This document shows positions 44,001 through 51,872 of a stretch of DNA of 64,000 bases, piece by piece. The position numbers and the translations under genes are program-made. Positions within the stretch are counted from its first letter, which is position 1, and the number at the start of each line of letters is the position of its first letter. The notes beneath the pieces are model-generated. The model was not told where the DNA came from, did no database searches, and worked only from the letters and a program-made list of their open reading frames with translations. The DNA comes from Candidatus Poribacteria bacterium (GTDB taxonomy: Bacteria; Poribacteria; WGA-4E; WGA-3G), in contig JAJEIP010000008.1 of the NCBI GenBank assembly GCA_022827885.1, forward strand, positions 768 through 64,767, in the 5' to 3' direction.

Positions 44001-44203
44001 TTGCGTTGGCGAAAGAGCGACTCAAGGCGGATTGGCTCATTGATTGGATGAAGGATCCGCAGTCGTTCCAACCCGGAACAGCGATGCCGCAAGCATGGCC
44101 CCTCGTTGGTGGACAACACATGCCACTCGACGGCTATGCTGATAATGATGCTGAAAAACAGATTCGGCTCGTCCGAGATTACCTCATCTCCTTGGGACGC
44201 TGA
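41093..44203 (+). CDS. Membrane-anchored multihaem cytochrome c (7 CxxCH) of the bc-type complex
   Basis: 1036 aa with an N-terminal TM segment and a coiled-coil-like region. CxxCH motifs: CATCH, CTPCH, CHGCH, CLTCH, CFGCH, CTGCH and CISCH. Confidence 0.85.
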   Translation: MRSKKEIPAESKSYSALFFILSGLLGLVTIWGFWSEMITRRPWKQIQQQFYQYEYEKTHAELENAKLALPELPTPQEPDAKALAQLTKEVRNAQVALDEALQERKFRQSESDAINYKYQHSLHEAKGRHNETVDKWQKKLADFESQIEGELTEAVLGAEATFASANVALAQFYQANGDAQSALSTYLIAQKYSPTDTEITTGITAAQASLASLQADKAKHDEVALLEEKLHSVGGIKRTFLGSLLENPFRETRTIVQYYLEDFNHTADRCATCHFSADRSGYDQSAQEIFEVEGDGENPVVQRLKHASIKVGSENVIIDGFEAEADEYTLEENGTLTFSDVDVFGEVEISYETGYRSVLQTHPHRDVLLDKHPVDRFGCTPCHGGQAQALTAKSAHALTHAEYWLTPVLGLDEHTGRTSEETKGYMESNCRRFHDGVMMLDYGVNPETDEPQDYAPNLTKGLALFEDLGCHGCHAVEGYSAIDNIAKVGPSLAKIGSKVKDTAWLESWIKKPEAYLANTTMPNFFPADGMTQLVYLKNGGQRTGVVTKTATGIVIKTDDGTEYPYPDSYVLRIVDEVKSISAYLAAMNDADLDASSSNYSTSERAIKAGEETVKTVGCLTCHAVDGLGSDFAPALDSVGAKVTANYLRQWIEDPKAYDPDTSMPSLRLSAGELDNVVSYLMSLQQATTDVATDSIGEVDVAEGEALVRTYGCFGCHEIPGFEDESKVGADLGEFGAKLADELDFGDTVDVEHNWTGWTVGKVTNPRRYQTRRIASRMPVFQINDEDARAIAVLLKSFQPEQYPLSYIHNRSEKLNDIDAGRRLVKKYNCTGCHEIEGAGGDYQEVIIAHEGLSEMVAKQVAPPPLKAEGARVYPDWLFTFLKEPSDIRYGLKVRMPTFELSDDEATTLVKYFSALDDEPFPYETLETPTPTRAELRVGKQIFDTLQCISCHPAKGEAIPEGSDKAGRPDLALAKERLKADWLIDWMKDPQSFQPGTAMPQAWPLVGGQHMPLDGYADNDAEKQIRLVRDYLISLGR

Positions 44204-44253
44204 TCTTTATTGTTCAGAGTCTGAAGATCGTTTCGATCCCATAAATTAAAGAT

Positions 44254-44610
44254 ATGAGACACCTTGCGGTCATTATCGTCATGATTATGGTATGGCTCAA
44301 CGGCTTAATCTGGTTGGCTAAGCAGGTTGACCCGAGTACGAAGTATCAGTCAGAGGTTGAATACAAATACGCTCGGTATTGCGCGGGATGCCACGGCAGC
44401 AATGGAGAGGGCAACGGACGTATCGGACGTTTCAAAAAGTTGGATCCCGCAGACCTGACAGACAGCGATCTTTGGGATATGCACAGCGACGAACAGTTGC
44501 TGGAGAGCATCAATGCGGGAAAGCACGATATGCCGGCGTTCTATTATTACCTCAATGATGAGGAGCAACGGGAGATACTCGCCTATATCAAGGAGATGTT
44601 TCGTCCGTAA
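44254..44610 (+). CDS. Membrane-anchored monohaem class I cytochrome c
   Basis: 118 aa with an N-terminal TM segment, CAGCHGSNGEGNG and a distal DMPAF (Met ligand region). Confidence 0.8.
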   Translation: MRHLAVIIVMIMVWLNGLIWLAKQVDPSTKYQSEVEYKYARYCAGCHGSNGEGNGRIGRFKKLDPADLTDSDLWDMHSDEQLLESINAGKHDMPAFYYYLNDEEQREILAYIKEMFRP

Positions 44611-44731
44611 CTTGAAAGCATCTTTTTCGGGAACTTCGTTCGGATTTTAAGTCTTTTTGTTTGCATTTTGAAATTCTGTGGTGTTAATATATTACTGAAC
44701 AAATTTAAAACATATAAGGAGAAACCAAATT

Positions 44732-45481
44732 ATGAAAGTTTTCGTCTCCCTTCTTGTCGGCACGATGCTTGCAAGTGCTGCGTTCGCAGGGACCATCACC
44801 GGCACTGTAATGTATGAAGGCGACGCACCGGCGCGTCCTGCCTTGACGGCTACCAAAGATCAGCATTGCATTGACGCTGTAACAGGTACGAAATCCGAGG
44901 CACTCGTTGTCTCAAAAGGAAAGGGCATCAAAAACGTCGTTATTTACGCCCGCGTCCGTGGCGCGAAACCTGTCGTCCCGGATAAGAACCCAGTGATGGA
45001 CCAGAAGGCATGCGCTTACTATCCGCACGTCCTCGCGGTTGTTGCTGGCTCTACTGTTGATATTACCTCCAGCGATCCGATCGCACACAACGTCCACTCT
45101 CACGCGAAAAAGAACGACGCGATAAACTATCAGATTCCACAGCCCGGCAAGGTCATCCCGCACAAAATCGCCAAGGCTGAGGAAATTAAGTTTACCTGCG
45201 ATATTCACGCATGGATGACGGGTTACATCGTTGCTGTTCCTAACAACTTTTTCACGGTTACGGGTTACAAAAACGCTGATGGCGCATGGATCAGTTCTGA
45301 TGCCTATGAAAAATCCGCGGATACGGGGAGTTATTCAATCGCTGAGGTGCCAGCCGGTAGAGCCCGTGTCGTCGCATGGCATGAAGAGCTCGGTTCCGCA
45401 AACAAAACCGTTGAAGTGCCAGCGAGTGGCGATATTGCTGTAAATTTCACAAGTGCTGACTTCAAAAAACGTGCCAGATAA
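44732..45481 (+). CDS. Secreted cupredoxin (type-1 Cu, amicyanin-like C-x2-H-x2-M) with C-terminal CarboxypepD_reg-like domain
   Basis: Signal peptide. Putative Cu ligands are HNVH...CDIHAWM. The C-terminal segment is GSYSIAEVPAGRARVVAWHEELG. It is a paralog of 51873..52655. Confidence 0.65.
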   Translation: MKVFVSLLVGTMLASAAFAGTITGTVMYEGDAPARPALTATKDQHCIDAVTGTKSEALVVSKGKGIKNVVIYARVRGAKPVVPDKNPVMDQKACAYYPHVLAVVAGSTVDITSSDPIAHNVHSHAKKNDAINYQIPQPGKVIPHKIAKAEEIKFTCDIHAWMTGYIVAVPNNFFTVTGYKNADGAWISSDAYEKSADTGSYSIAEVPAGRARVVAWHEELGSANKTVEVPASGDIAVNFTSADFKKRAR

Positions 45482-45501
45482 ATAGCCGAAAGCCATAAAA
45501 A

Positions 45502-47400
45502 ATGTCTAATAAGAAGCTTTATCTCATACTTGGCTGTGTATTCATCGCGTATACCGTGCTACTAACCGTTGCACCGGCATTTGCACAGGACGCGACCGAA
45601 GCAGAATATCGCGCCTTCCCCAAGATCGGCAGCCGAAATGCGGCATGGATCGCTGCCCAACTCCACCTGTTGTTCGGATCTTTTATCCTCGGTGTCCCGA
45701 TGTTTGCCGTCATCATCGAATTTATCGGCTGGAAGACGAAGGACATGCGATATGATCGGATGGCGCAGGAGTTTATCAAGCTCTGTATGGGCGCGTTTTC
45801 AACGACAGCCTTGCTCGGCGGTGTTCTCGTCTTTATCCTCATCTGGTGTTATCCGAAAGTCATGACGAAACTCAGTGGGATATTCGGACCGACGATGATT
45901 TTTTACGTCATCCTGTTCTTCGGCGAAACCTTTACGCTTTACCTTTACTCCTACGGATGGGATAAGATGCAAGGGCGCCATAAGGGGTGGCATCTCTTCC
46001 TCGGCGTGCTTCTGAATGTATTCGGCACTGCGATTATGTTCGTTTCTAACGCATGGTTGAGTTACCAAACCAGTCCGGCAACCCAATACGGTGTCCTCTC
46101 TGAAGGCAGACGGAAATCTTGGATTGAGGAGAAATTGGCTGCGGATCCAGCACTCACGCCTGAGACCGCTATGGAAGGTGTCACAAGCCATACGATGGTG
46201 CCGCTTCACAATGAAACGACCGGCGAGTTCATGGGAACCGTTTGGGATGCCGTCAACAATTTTACATGGATGCCGGTTAACATCCATCGCCTCGTGGGTA
46301 ACATTGCCTTCGGAGGCTCGATTGTTGCGGCTTATGCGGCGTTCCGATTCCTCGTCGCGAAGACGAAAGAGGACAAAGCACATTACGATTGGATGGGCTA
46401 TACCGGAAACTTCATCGCACTCTGTGGACTGATACCTCTGCCTTTCCTCGGTTATTGGCTCGGTAGAGAAATCTACATGTTCAACAACACGATGGGCATT
46501 AACATGATGGGTAGCCTCTTTTCGTGGCTATTTATCATTCAGGCAGTTATGATCGGGGTCCTGTTTATTGGCGCGAACTACTACCTCTGGTCAGGCATGG
46601 GGCGGATCGAAGGGGCGGAGATCTATGCACGATACCGTCCGTATATGATTACCGTTATCATTATTTGTGTCGCAATCTGGATGACCCCGCGGACGCTTTC
46701 TAAGATTTCAACTGCCAGCGAACTGAGCGCGATGGGCGGTGCAAACCACCCACACCTCGGATTGTTCGGCTTGATGACTGCCAAAAATACGGCAGTTAAC
46801 ATCATCATTCTCACGACCTTCTTGAGTTTCCTATTTTATCGGCGTTCAGGGAAGATACCTACGGCGAGTTGGAAAAAGATAGGCAACATTGGGATCTCCG
46901 CTCTCTTCTTCCTCGCCACCGTTTCCATCGTGGTTATCGGCATCGTTGGGTTTACCGTCCCGACAGATTTGCGGGTCAATATCCTTACGCCGTATCAGGT
47001 CCTGGTTGCACTCGCGGTGATGGCAATCGTCACAATCGTTGATATTTTCATGTACCGCAAGGCGACAACATCTGGCACTATCAAATGGGGGGAGATGACG
47101 GATCGCTCCCAATACGTGTTAATTCTCGTGGCAATTACGTTCACTTCTTTGATGGGACTGATGGGATACGCACGCTCAGGGTTGCGAGAGGCGTGGCATA
47201 TCTTCGGTGTGATGCAAGATACATCTCCGGATGCGTTTACGCCGCTTCTCAGTGAGGCGGTGAACATGGTGGCAATCATCATGGTAGCTTTCTTCGCGCT
47301 CGTCGGATTTATTTTCTGGCTCGGTTTGTGGGGTGAAAAGAAGAAGGAAGAGAAGGCAGCTACCCCCGAAGCCGCTGTTACTGCTGAGGGTGATGACTAA
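45502..47400 (+). CDS. Cytochrome bd subunit I-like (CydA-like) membrane protein lacking a Q-loop and a CydB partner
   Basis: 632 aa. Aligns by eye with the canonical CydA in this window: QLHLLFGSF vs LAFHIIFAV; FFGETFTLYLYSYGW vs FFLEAIFLGLYLYGW; VSNAWLSYQTSP vs TANAWMNTPTG; NIHRLVGN vs TLHMTIAA. It has extra C-terminal TM helices and an N-terminal signal/anchor. Confidence 0.7.
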   Translation: MSNKKLYLILGCVFIAYTVLLTVAPAFAQDATEAEYRAFPKIGSRNAAWIAAQLHLLFGSFILGVPMFAVIIEFIGWKTKDMRYDRMAQEFIKLCMGAFSTTALLGGVLVFILIWCYPKVMTKLSGIFGPTMIFYVILFFGETFTLYLYSYGWDKMQGRHKGWHLFLGVLLNVFGTAIMFVSNAWLSYQTSPATQYGVLSEGRRKSWIEEKLAADPALTPETAMEGVTSHTMVPLHNETTGEFMGTVWDAVNNFTWMPVNIHRLVGNIAFGGSIVAAYAAFRFLVAKTKEDKAHYDWMGYTGNFIALCGLIPLPFLGYWLGREIYMFNNTMGINMMGSLFSWLFIIQAVMIGVLFIGANYYLWSGMGRIEGAEIYARYRPYMITVIIICVAIWMTPRTLSKISTASELSAMGGANHPHLGLFGLMTAKNTAVNIIILTTFLSFLFYRRSGKIPTASWKKIGNIGISALFFLATVSIVVIGIVGFTVPTDLRVNILTPYQVLVALAVMAIVTIVDIFMYRKATTSGTIKWGEMTDRSQYVLILVAITFTSLMGLMGYARSGLREAWHIFGVMQDTSPDAFTPLLSEAVNMVAIIMVAFFALVGFIFWLGLWGEKKKEEKAATPEAAVTAEGDD

Positions 47401-47423
47401 CAGAGGCGATGGAACAAAGTGCG

Positions 47424-47574
47424 CAGCTCGTAATGAAATTAGGTTCTCCTTAAATGGCATAATTTGTCTTAGTTTTACATTTGGAGAGCGGATTTAAGAG
47501 CGGCACGCTAACACCCAAACCTATGTCATTTAACCGCAAGGAATAATTAAAAAGCCGCAAGGAATAATTAAAAA
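47424..47574 (+). repeat. Long-form leader cassette copy 3 (hairpin left arm disrupted; right module tandemly duplicated)
   Basis: CTCGTAATGAAATTAGGTTCTCCTTAAATGGCATAATTTGTCTTAGTTTTACATTTGGAGAGCGGAT. CCGCAAGGAATAATTAAAAA occurs at 47534-47553 and again at 47555-47574, and ATG 47575 follows directly. Confidence 0.8.
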
Positions 47575-49083
47575 ATGTCAAGAGATACGCTGATAAAAAT
47601 CGCGAGTCTCATCTTAATGGTGGTGAGTTTTGTCGCCTATATTGCCGGGGCATCGGCGTTTCCGGTCGCCTCAGAGAACTTGTTACCTTGGTCGGTTTGG
47701 TTTCTCATTTCGGTAATTATAAATATCGTTTTGTGGTCGAACGTCATGAAGCTGTTGACGTTTTCGCTTGCCGTGATATGGTTTTACGCCTTCGTCGCCG
47801 GGCTGGTCCCGGAAAGTTCCACAGCGGTGAATCTGACATCGCTGGATTGGAGCGATCCGGATGCAGTTGCTGAACAGGGTGCCTTAGTCTTTAACGGCAA
47901 AGGGCAGTGTGCCGCATGTCATACCGTTGATCCATCGGCACCACCAGGAAGGTGTCCCGATCTGACAGACATCGGCATTAACGCCGCCAGTCGCGTCCCA
48001 GGTACGGATGCCAAAACCTATCTCATCGAATCGCTTTATGAACCTCACAAATATCTTGTGCCCGGATACGGCAAAATTATGCCAGAGATTTGGAAGGCTC
48101 CCATCGCCCTCTCTAAATTGGAGATTGAGGCAGTTATCGCTTACCTCCAGAGTCTCGGTGGTGAGATCGATCCAACACCCTTTGATGAACCGATAGATCG
48201 GGCGGATGCGGGGACAAGCGCTGAGGCACTTCCACCCCTCCTGACGGGGGATCCAGAACTCGGCAAAAAGGTATTTGTGACTGCAGCGTGTATCTCGTGC
48301 CACGCTGTGACAGGTATAGAAAGTCCAGCTGCAGGTGAGACGAGTACAGATTTTGAAGTCGTCACTGCGCCCGACCTCTCTGAAATTGCCGCCTTTAACG
48401 ACATGCGGTATCTTGAGGAGTCGGTCTTGATCCCCAACGCGCAAATCGTAAGCGGTTACGGTGCCGTTATCGTCCGTGCGAACGGAACGACCTATCAAGG
48501 AACCCTTGTTTCACAGGATACAGAACAGATTGTCGTCCGAACCAAAACCGCGGATGGCGTTGAAGAGGAGCATACCCTCTTATTGAGCGAACTCGACGAT
48601 GAGCCGATTGAAGAACTTAGTAATCTGCAAGCGAGAGGTTATTTTACGTTGACACTAACGCCTACGAATTCGGATGCGCCAGTGAGTGGCGAGATCGTTT
48701 CGGAAACCGATGACACTGTGACGCTTAAGATCGGTGGCGAAGATCGGTCTTTTTCCAAGACAGATGTGAAAAGCCAGATGACGGTTATCACTTTTGATGG
48801 CGATGAAATTGTTGGCGACTACGTTTCAGGCTCGATGGACGACGACGAAATCATCCTCGTCGTTGACGGTAGCGAGGAAATCTTTGATACGTTTGATCTT
48901 GAGGAAGCGACCTTTACCCGTGCCTCTGGCAAGAAATTGCTGGTTACGTCACCGATGCCCGAAAACTTTCCGCTACTGTTATCGGTATCGGATATGAGCA
49001 ATTTGCTCTCCTTTTTAAGCACACTCACTGGCGCGACAGCGGAAGCAGCACCAGTAGAGACAGATGACGCTTCCGCCGAATAA
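47575..49083 (+). CDS. Membrane-anchored dihaem cytochrome c with PVC-type haem-binding-domain tail
   Basis: 3 N-terminal TM segments. CAACH and CISCH. Three small beta-repeat units, then SPMPENFPLLLSVSDMSNLLSFL (the S.MPEGL...DLLAYL-type ending of the Pirellula/Verrucomicrobium haem-binding domain). Confidence 0.8.
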   Translation: MSRDTLIKIASLILMVVSFVAYIAGASAFPVASENLLPWSVWFLISVIINIVLWSNVMKLLTFSLAVIWFYAFVAGLVPESSTAVNLTSLDWSDPDAVAEQGALVFNGKGQCAACHTVDPSAPPGRCPDLTDIGINAASRVPGTDAKTYLIESLYEPHKYLVPGYGKIMPEIWKAPIALSKLEIEAVIAYLQSLGGEIDPTPFDEPIDRADAGTSAEALPPLLTGDPELGKKVFVTAACISCHAVTGIESPAAGETSTDFEVVTAPDLSEIAAFNDMRYLEESVLIPNAQIVSGYGAVIVRANGTTYQGTLVSQDTEQIVVRTKTADGVEEEHTLLLSELDDEPIEELSNLQARGYFTLTLTPTNSDAPVSGEIVSETDDTVTLKIGGEDRSFSKTDVKSQMTVITFDGDEIVGDYVSGSMDDDEIILVVDGSEEIFDTFDLEEATFTRASGKKLLVTSPMPENFPLLLSVSDMSNLLSFLSTLTGATAEAAPVETDDASAE

Positions 49084-49187
49084 TTTTAATCTATTGTTTC
49101 TGAGTTGCTGCGTCCGTTGTCCTTGCAGATATTGAATCGTTAAAAAAATATTTCATAACCTAAAAAAGGTGCTTTATCAATTTTAGA

Positions 49188-49215
49188 TCGGGGTTGACAA
49201 CGGAAACCCCGACCC
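49188..49215 (-). repeat. REP-like hairpin (GGGTCGGGGTTTCCGTTGTCAACCCCGA)
   Basis: 8-bp stem TCGGGGTT/AACCCCGA between two cytochrome c genes. Confidence 0.55.
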
Positions 49216-49234
49216 GAAGCACATAGTTAAAAAA

Positions 49235-50011
49235 ATGAAAAAGCTGTCACTCTTCACAATATGTCTCATAGTTCTGGTGGGTTCTTGGGTTGTCCTGCGG
49301 TTTGCCATTGGTGGCATCGTCTCAGTACCAATACCGGGCAGCGTGATTGCGATGTATATGGGGTTGATTATAATCGCGATCTTGGTGCATATTTCCGTTG
49401 AGGACTCACTCTTTCGGGAATTTCTGCGGCCTATCCGTGAAACACTCGTCGAGGACAGACGTCAAGTCCGCCGCCGCGTGATCGCGGTGTTAATCCCGTT
49501 GTTCCTGCTCGGTTATACCTATTCGATTATCGCCCAGCGCGCGAATCCCCCTGGAAGCCCACGTGACGCGCACCCGTCGCCGCCGCTTGAATTAACCTAT
49601 AAAGATGAGGTTATCGGCACGATGCAAGATGTCGTGAATCCCTTCCGACATTATGAAAAAGATGATCCGGAGGCGTTCAAGGCGCATGTTGAGAACGGCA
49701 GGCGCGTCTACTACCAAAACTGCTTTTACTGCCATGGGGATCACCTTGATGGACAGGGGCATTTCGCACCCCATCTCCAACCGCTTCCTGCGAATTTCCA
49801 AGATCCGGGGATTATTCCTAACTTCCAAGAGGCTTTCTTCTTTTGGCGAATAGCGAAGGGTGGACCCGGATTGCCTGCAGCTGGCACGCCTTGGGATTCG
49901 GCGATGCCTATCTGGGAGAACCACTTAACAAAAGACGAAATTTGGGACGTAATTCTCTTTCTATCTGAATACACCGGTTATCAGTTCCGAACCTTTGGGG
50001 AGGCACACTAA
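49235..50011 (+). CDS. Membrane-anchored monohaem cytochrome c
   Basis: N-terminal TM helices. GRRVYYQNCFYCHGD...MPIWENHLTKDEIWDVILFL follows a class I cytochrome c pattern. Confidence 0.8.
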   Translation: MKKLSLFTICLIVLVGSWVVLRFAIGGIVSVPIPGSVIAMYMGLIIIAILVHISVEDSLFREFLRPIRETLVEDRRQVRRRVIAVLIPLFLLGYTYSIIAQRANPPGSPRDAHPSPPLELTYKDEVIGTMQDVVNPFRHYEKDDPEAFKAHVENGRRVYYQNCFYCHGDHLDGQGHFAPHLQPLPANFQDPGIIPNFQEAFFFWRIAKGGPGLPAAGTPWDSAMPIWENHLTKDEIWDVILFLSEYTGYQFRTFGEAH

Positions 50012-50013
50012 AA

Positions 50014-51735
50014 ATGAAGAACAGAAATGTAACTCTCCTGATGCTGGTTTTGGGAATAGTAGTAGGCACACTCCGTTGTGCCGTAACATACGCCCAAAAT
50101 GCCCCAGAGGCTTCTGAGAAAGGGAAAGAGGTATATGACCAAAGCTGCGCCCACTGCCACGGAACGGAAGGACGCGGCGACGGTTCTGCCGCTGAGAATC
50201 TCCTGCCGAGACCGAGGGATTTCACACGCGGTTTGTATAAGATTCGATCTACAGAGAGCGGTCAACTCCCGACGGATCAGGACCTCTTTGACATTATTAC
50301 CATAGGGATGCCCGGATCGTCAATGCCCGGTTGGGAAACCTCCCTAAGTGCCGACGATCGCTGGGAAGTTGTGGCATATATCAAAACCTTTTACGATGGG
50401 TTTAAAGCGGGGGAAGCCCCCCGGGAAATCAGTCTGGATGGTAAAATCCCTTACGCTGAGCAGAGCGTGGAAACTGGAAAGGGACTTTATGTTGAACTCG
50501 GTTGTGTGGAATGCCACGGTAATATTGGACGGGGTGATGGTACGTCCGCGCCTACGTTGACGGATGAATGGGGGTTCCAGACGTGGCCCGCGAATTTGGC
50601 ACAGAGTTGGAATTTTCGAGGCGGTGCTGACACGGAAGCCATTTTCAAACGATTCATCGGCGGGATCGCAGGCTCACCCATGCCGGCGTTTGAAGGCGAT
50701 AGTTTCCTGCATTTCGGATTGACGGTGGAAGAATCCAAACGGCTCACCGAATTGGAAAACAAGGATGAAATGACGGAGACAGAGGAAGCAGAATCCGAGA
50801 AGTTTTACGAGAAAATGGATGCCGCCGTTAACCTCGCACTCAATCGGACGGAAGGCATAGAGCTGACCGCGGCTGAGCAGCAGACATACGATGACGCGAT
50901 GCAGGTTGTCTATGAAAAGAGTTGGCATTTAGCGAACTACGTTAAATCTCTCGCGCCTGAACAACGTCCGGAACCTGCGATCGGAAAAAACGTCCTCCGC
51001 TCACAATACGTTCAGGATGCACTGCCGGGAATGGAAGACCCTGTGTGGGAAACGCTTCAAGCCAGGCACTTCCCGCTTGTTGGACAGATCGTCATTGAAC
51101 CTCGACAGTTCAATCCAACAATTGATTCTGTGGATGTCAAATCGTTTTATAACGACACGGAAGTGGCGTTCCTCTTCACGTGGGATGATCGGACACACAC
51201 GATTGGCGACGAAACCGATGAGACGACTGGGAAACCCCTTGAGGACGCGTTAGCGATTCAATTTCCAGTGAAGGTGCCACAGGGGCCGACCGCACCGAAG
51301 CCTTATTTCTTATGGGGCGGTAGGTTACCGGTCTATCTCTGGCACTGGAAAGCTTCGACTCCGGAGCAGGTAACCGAGCTGACGGCTAAGGGAATCAACG
51401 CTGCCGAAGTTCAGGAAGCACAAGGGGCGTTACAAGCGCAAGGTGTTTACACAGATGGGCAGTACAAATTGTGGGTAAAACGTGCCTTGAAGACTGATGA
51501 CAAAAAGGACTTACAACTTGACCCTGGCGTCTTTGTGCCTATCGCCTTCTCCGCATGGGATGGCGCGAACGGCGATGTCGATGCAAAACGGGTCGTGTCC
51601 AGTTGGTATACTTTTGTACTTGAACCCGTTCCGTCTTCAAGACGGTTCGTTTATCCGCCTTTGATTGCGATTCTCTCTCTCGGCTTGCTCTTCGGTTTAC
51701 GGGCAGCTGTCCAACGGAGAAATTCAGTTTCCTAA
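50014..51735 (+). CDS. Dihaem cytochrome c fused to an EB_dh (ethylbenzene-dehydrogenase gamma/DOMON-like haem b) domain, C-terminal TM anchor
   Basis: CAHCH and CVECH. EB_dh pattern: DALAIQFPVK...PYFLWGG...VYLWHWKAS...IAFSAWDGANGD...SSWYTFVLEP. The terminal hydrophobic helix is PPLIAILSLGLLFGL. Confidence 0.7.
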   Translation: MKNRNVTLLMLVLGIVVGTLRCAVTYAQNAPEASEKGKEVYDQSCAHCHGTEGRGDGSAAENLLPRPRDFTRGLYKIRSTESGQLPTDQDLFDIITIGMPGSSMPGWETSLSADDRWEVVAYIKTFYDGFKAGEAPREISLDGKIPYAEQSVETGKGLYVELGCVECHGNIGRGDGTSAPTLTDEWGFQTWPANLAQSWNFRGGADTEAIFKRFIGGIAGSPMPAFEGDSFLHFGLTVEESKRLTELENKDEMTETEEAESEKFYEKMDAAVNLALNRTEGIELTAAEQQTYDDAMQVVYEKSWHLANYVKSLAPEQRPEPAIGKNVLRSQYVQDALPGMEDPVWETLQARHFPLVGQIVIEPRQFNPTIDSVDVKSFYNDTEVAFLFTWDDRTHTIGDETDETTGKPLEDALAIQFPVKVPQGPTAPKPYFLWGGRLPVYLWHWKASTPEQVTELTAKGINAAEVQEAQGALQAQGVYTDGQYKLWVKRALKTDDKKDLQLDPGVFVPIAFSAWDGANGDVDAKRVVSSWYTFVLEPVPSSRRFVYPPLIAILSLGLLFGLRAAVQRRNSVS

Positions 51736-51872
51736 TTATCGGGCGTTTGCGCTGCCGTCCACTGTGTTTCAGGCAGGCTTTCGGTCAACTCACGCCTCAT
51801 ACTTAACCAAAAACCATCGCGAAACGTAGTGGAGCGATGCCCAGATTCCAATAGTTAAAAAAAGGAGAAAAA

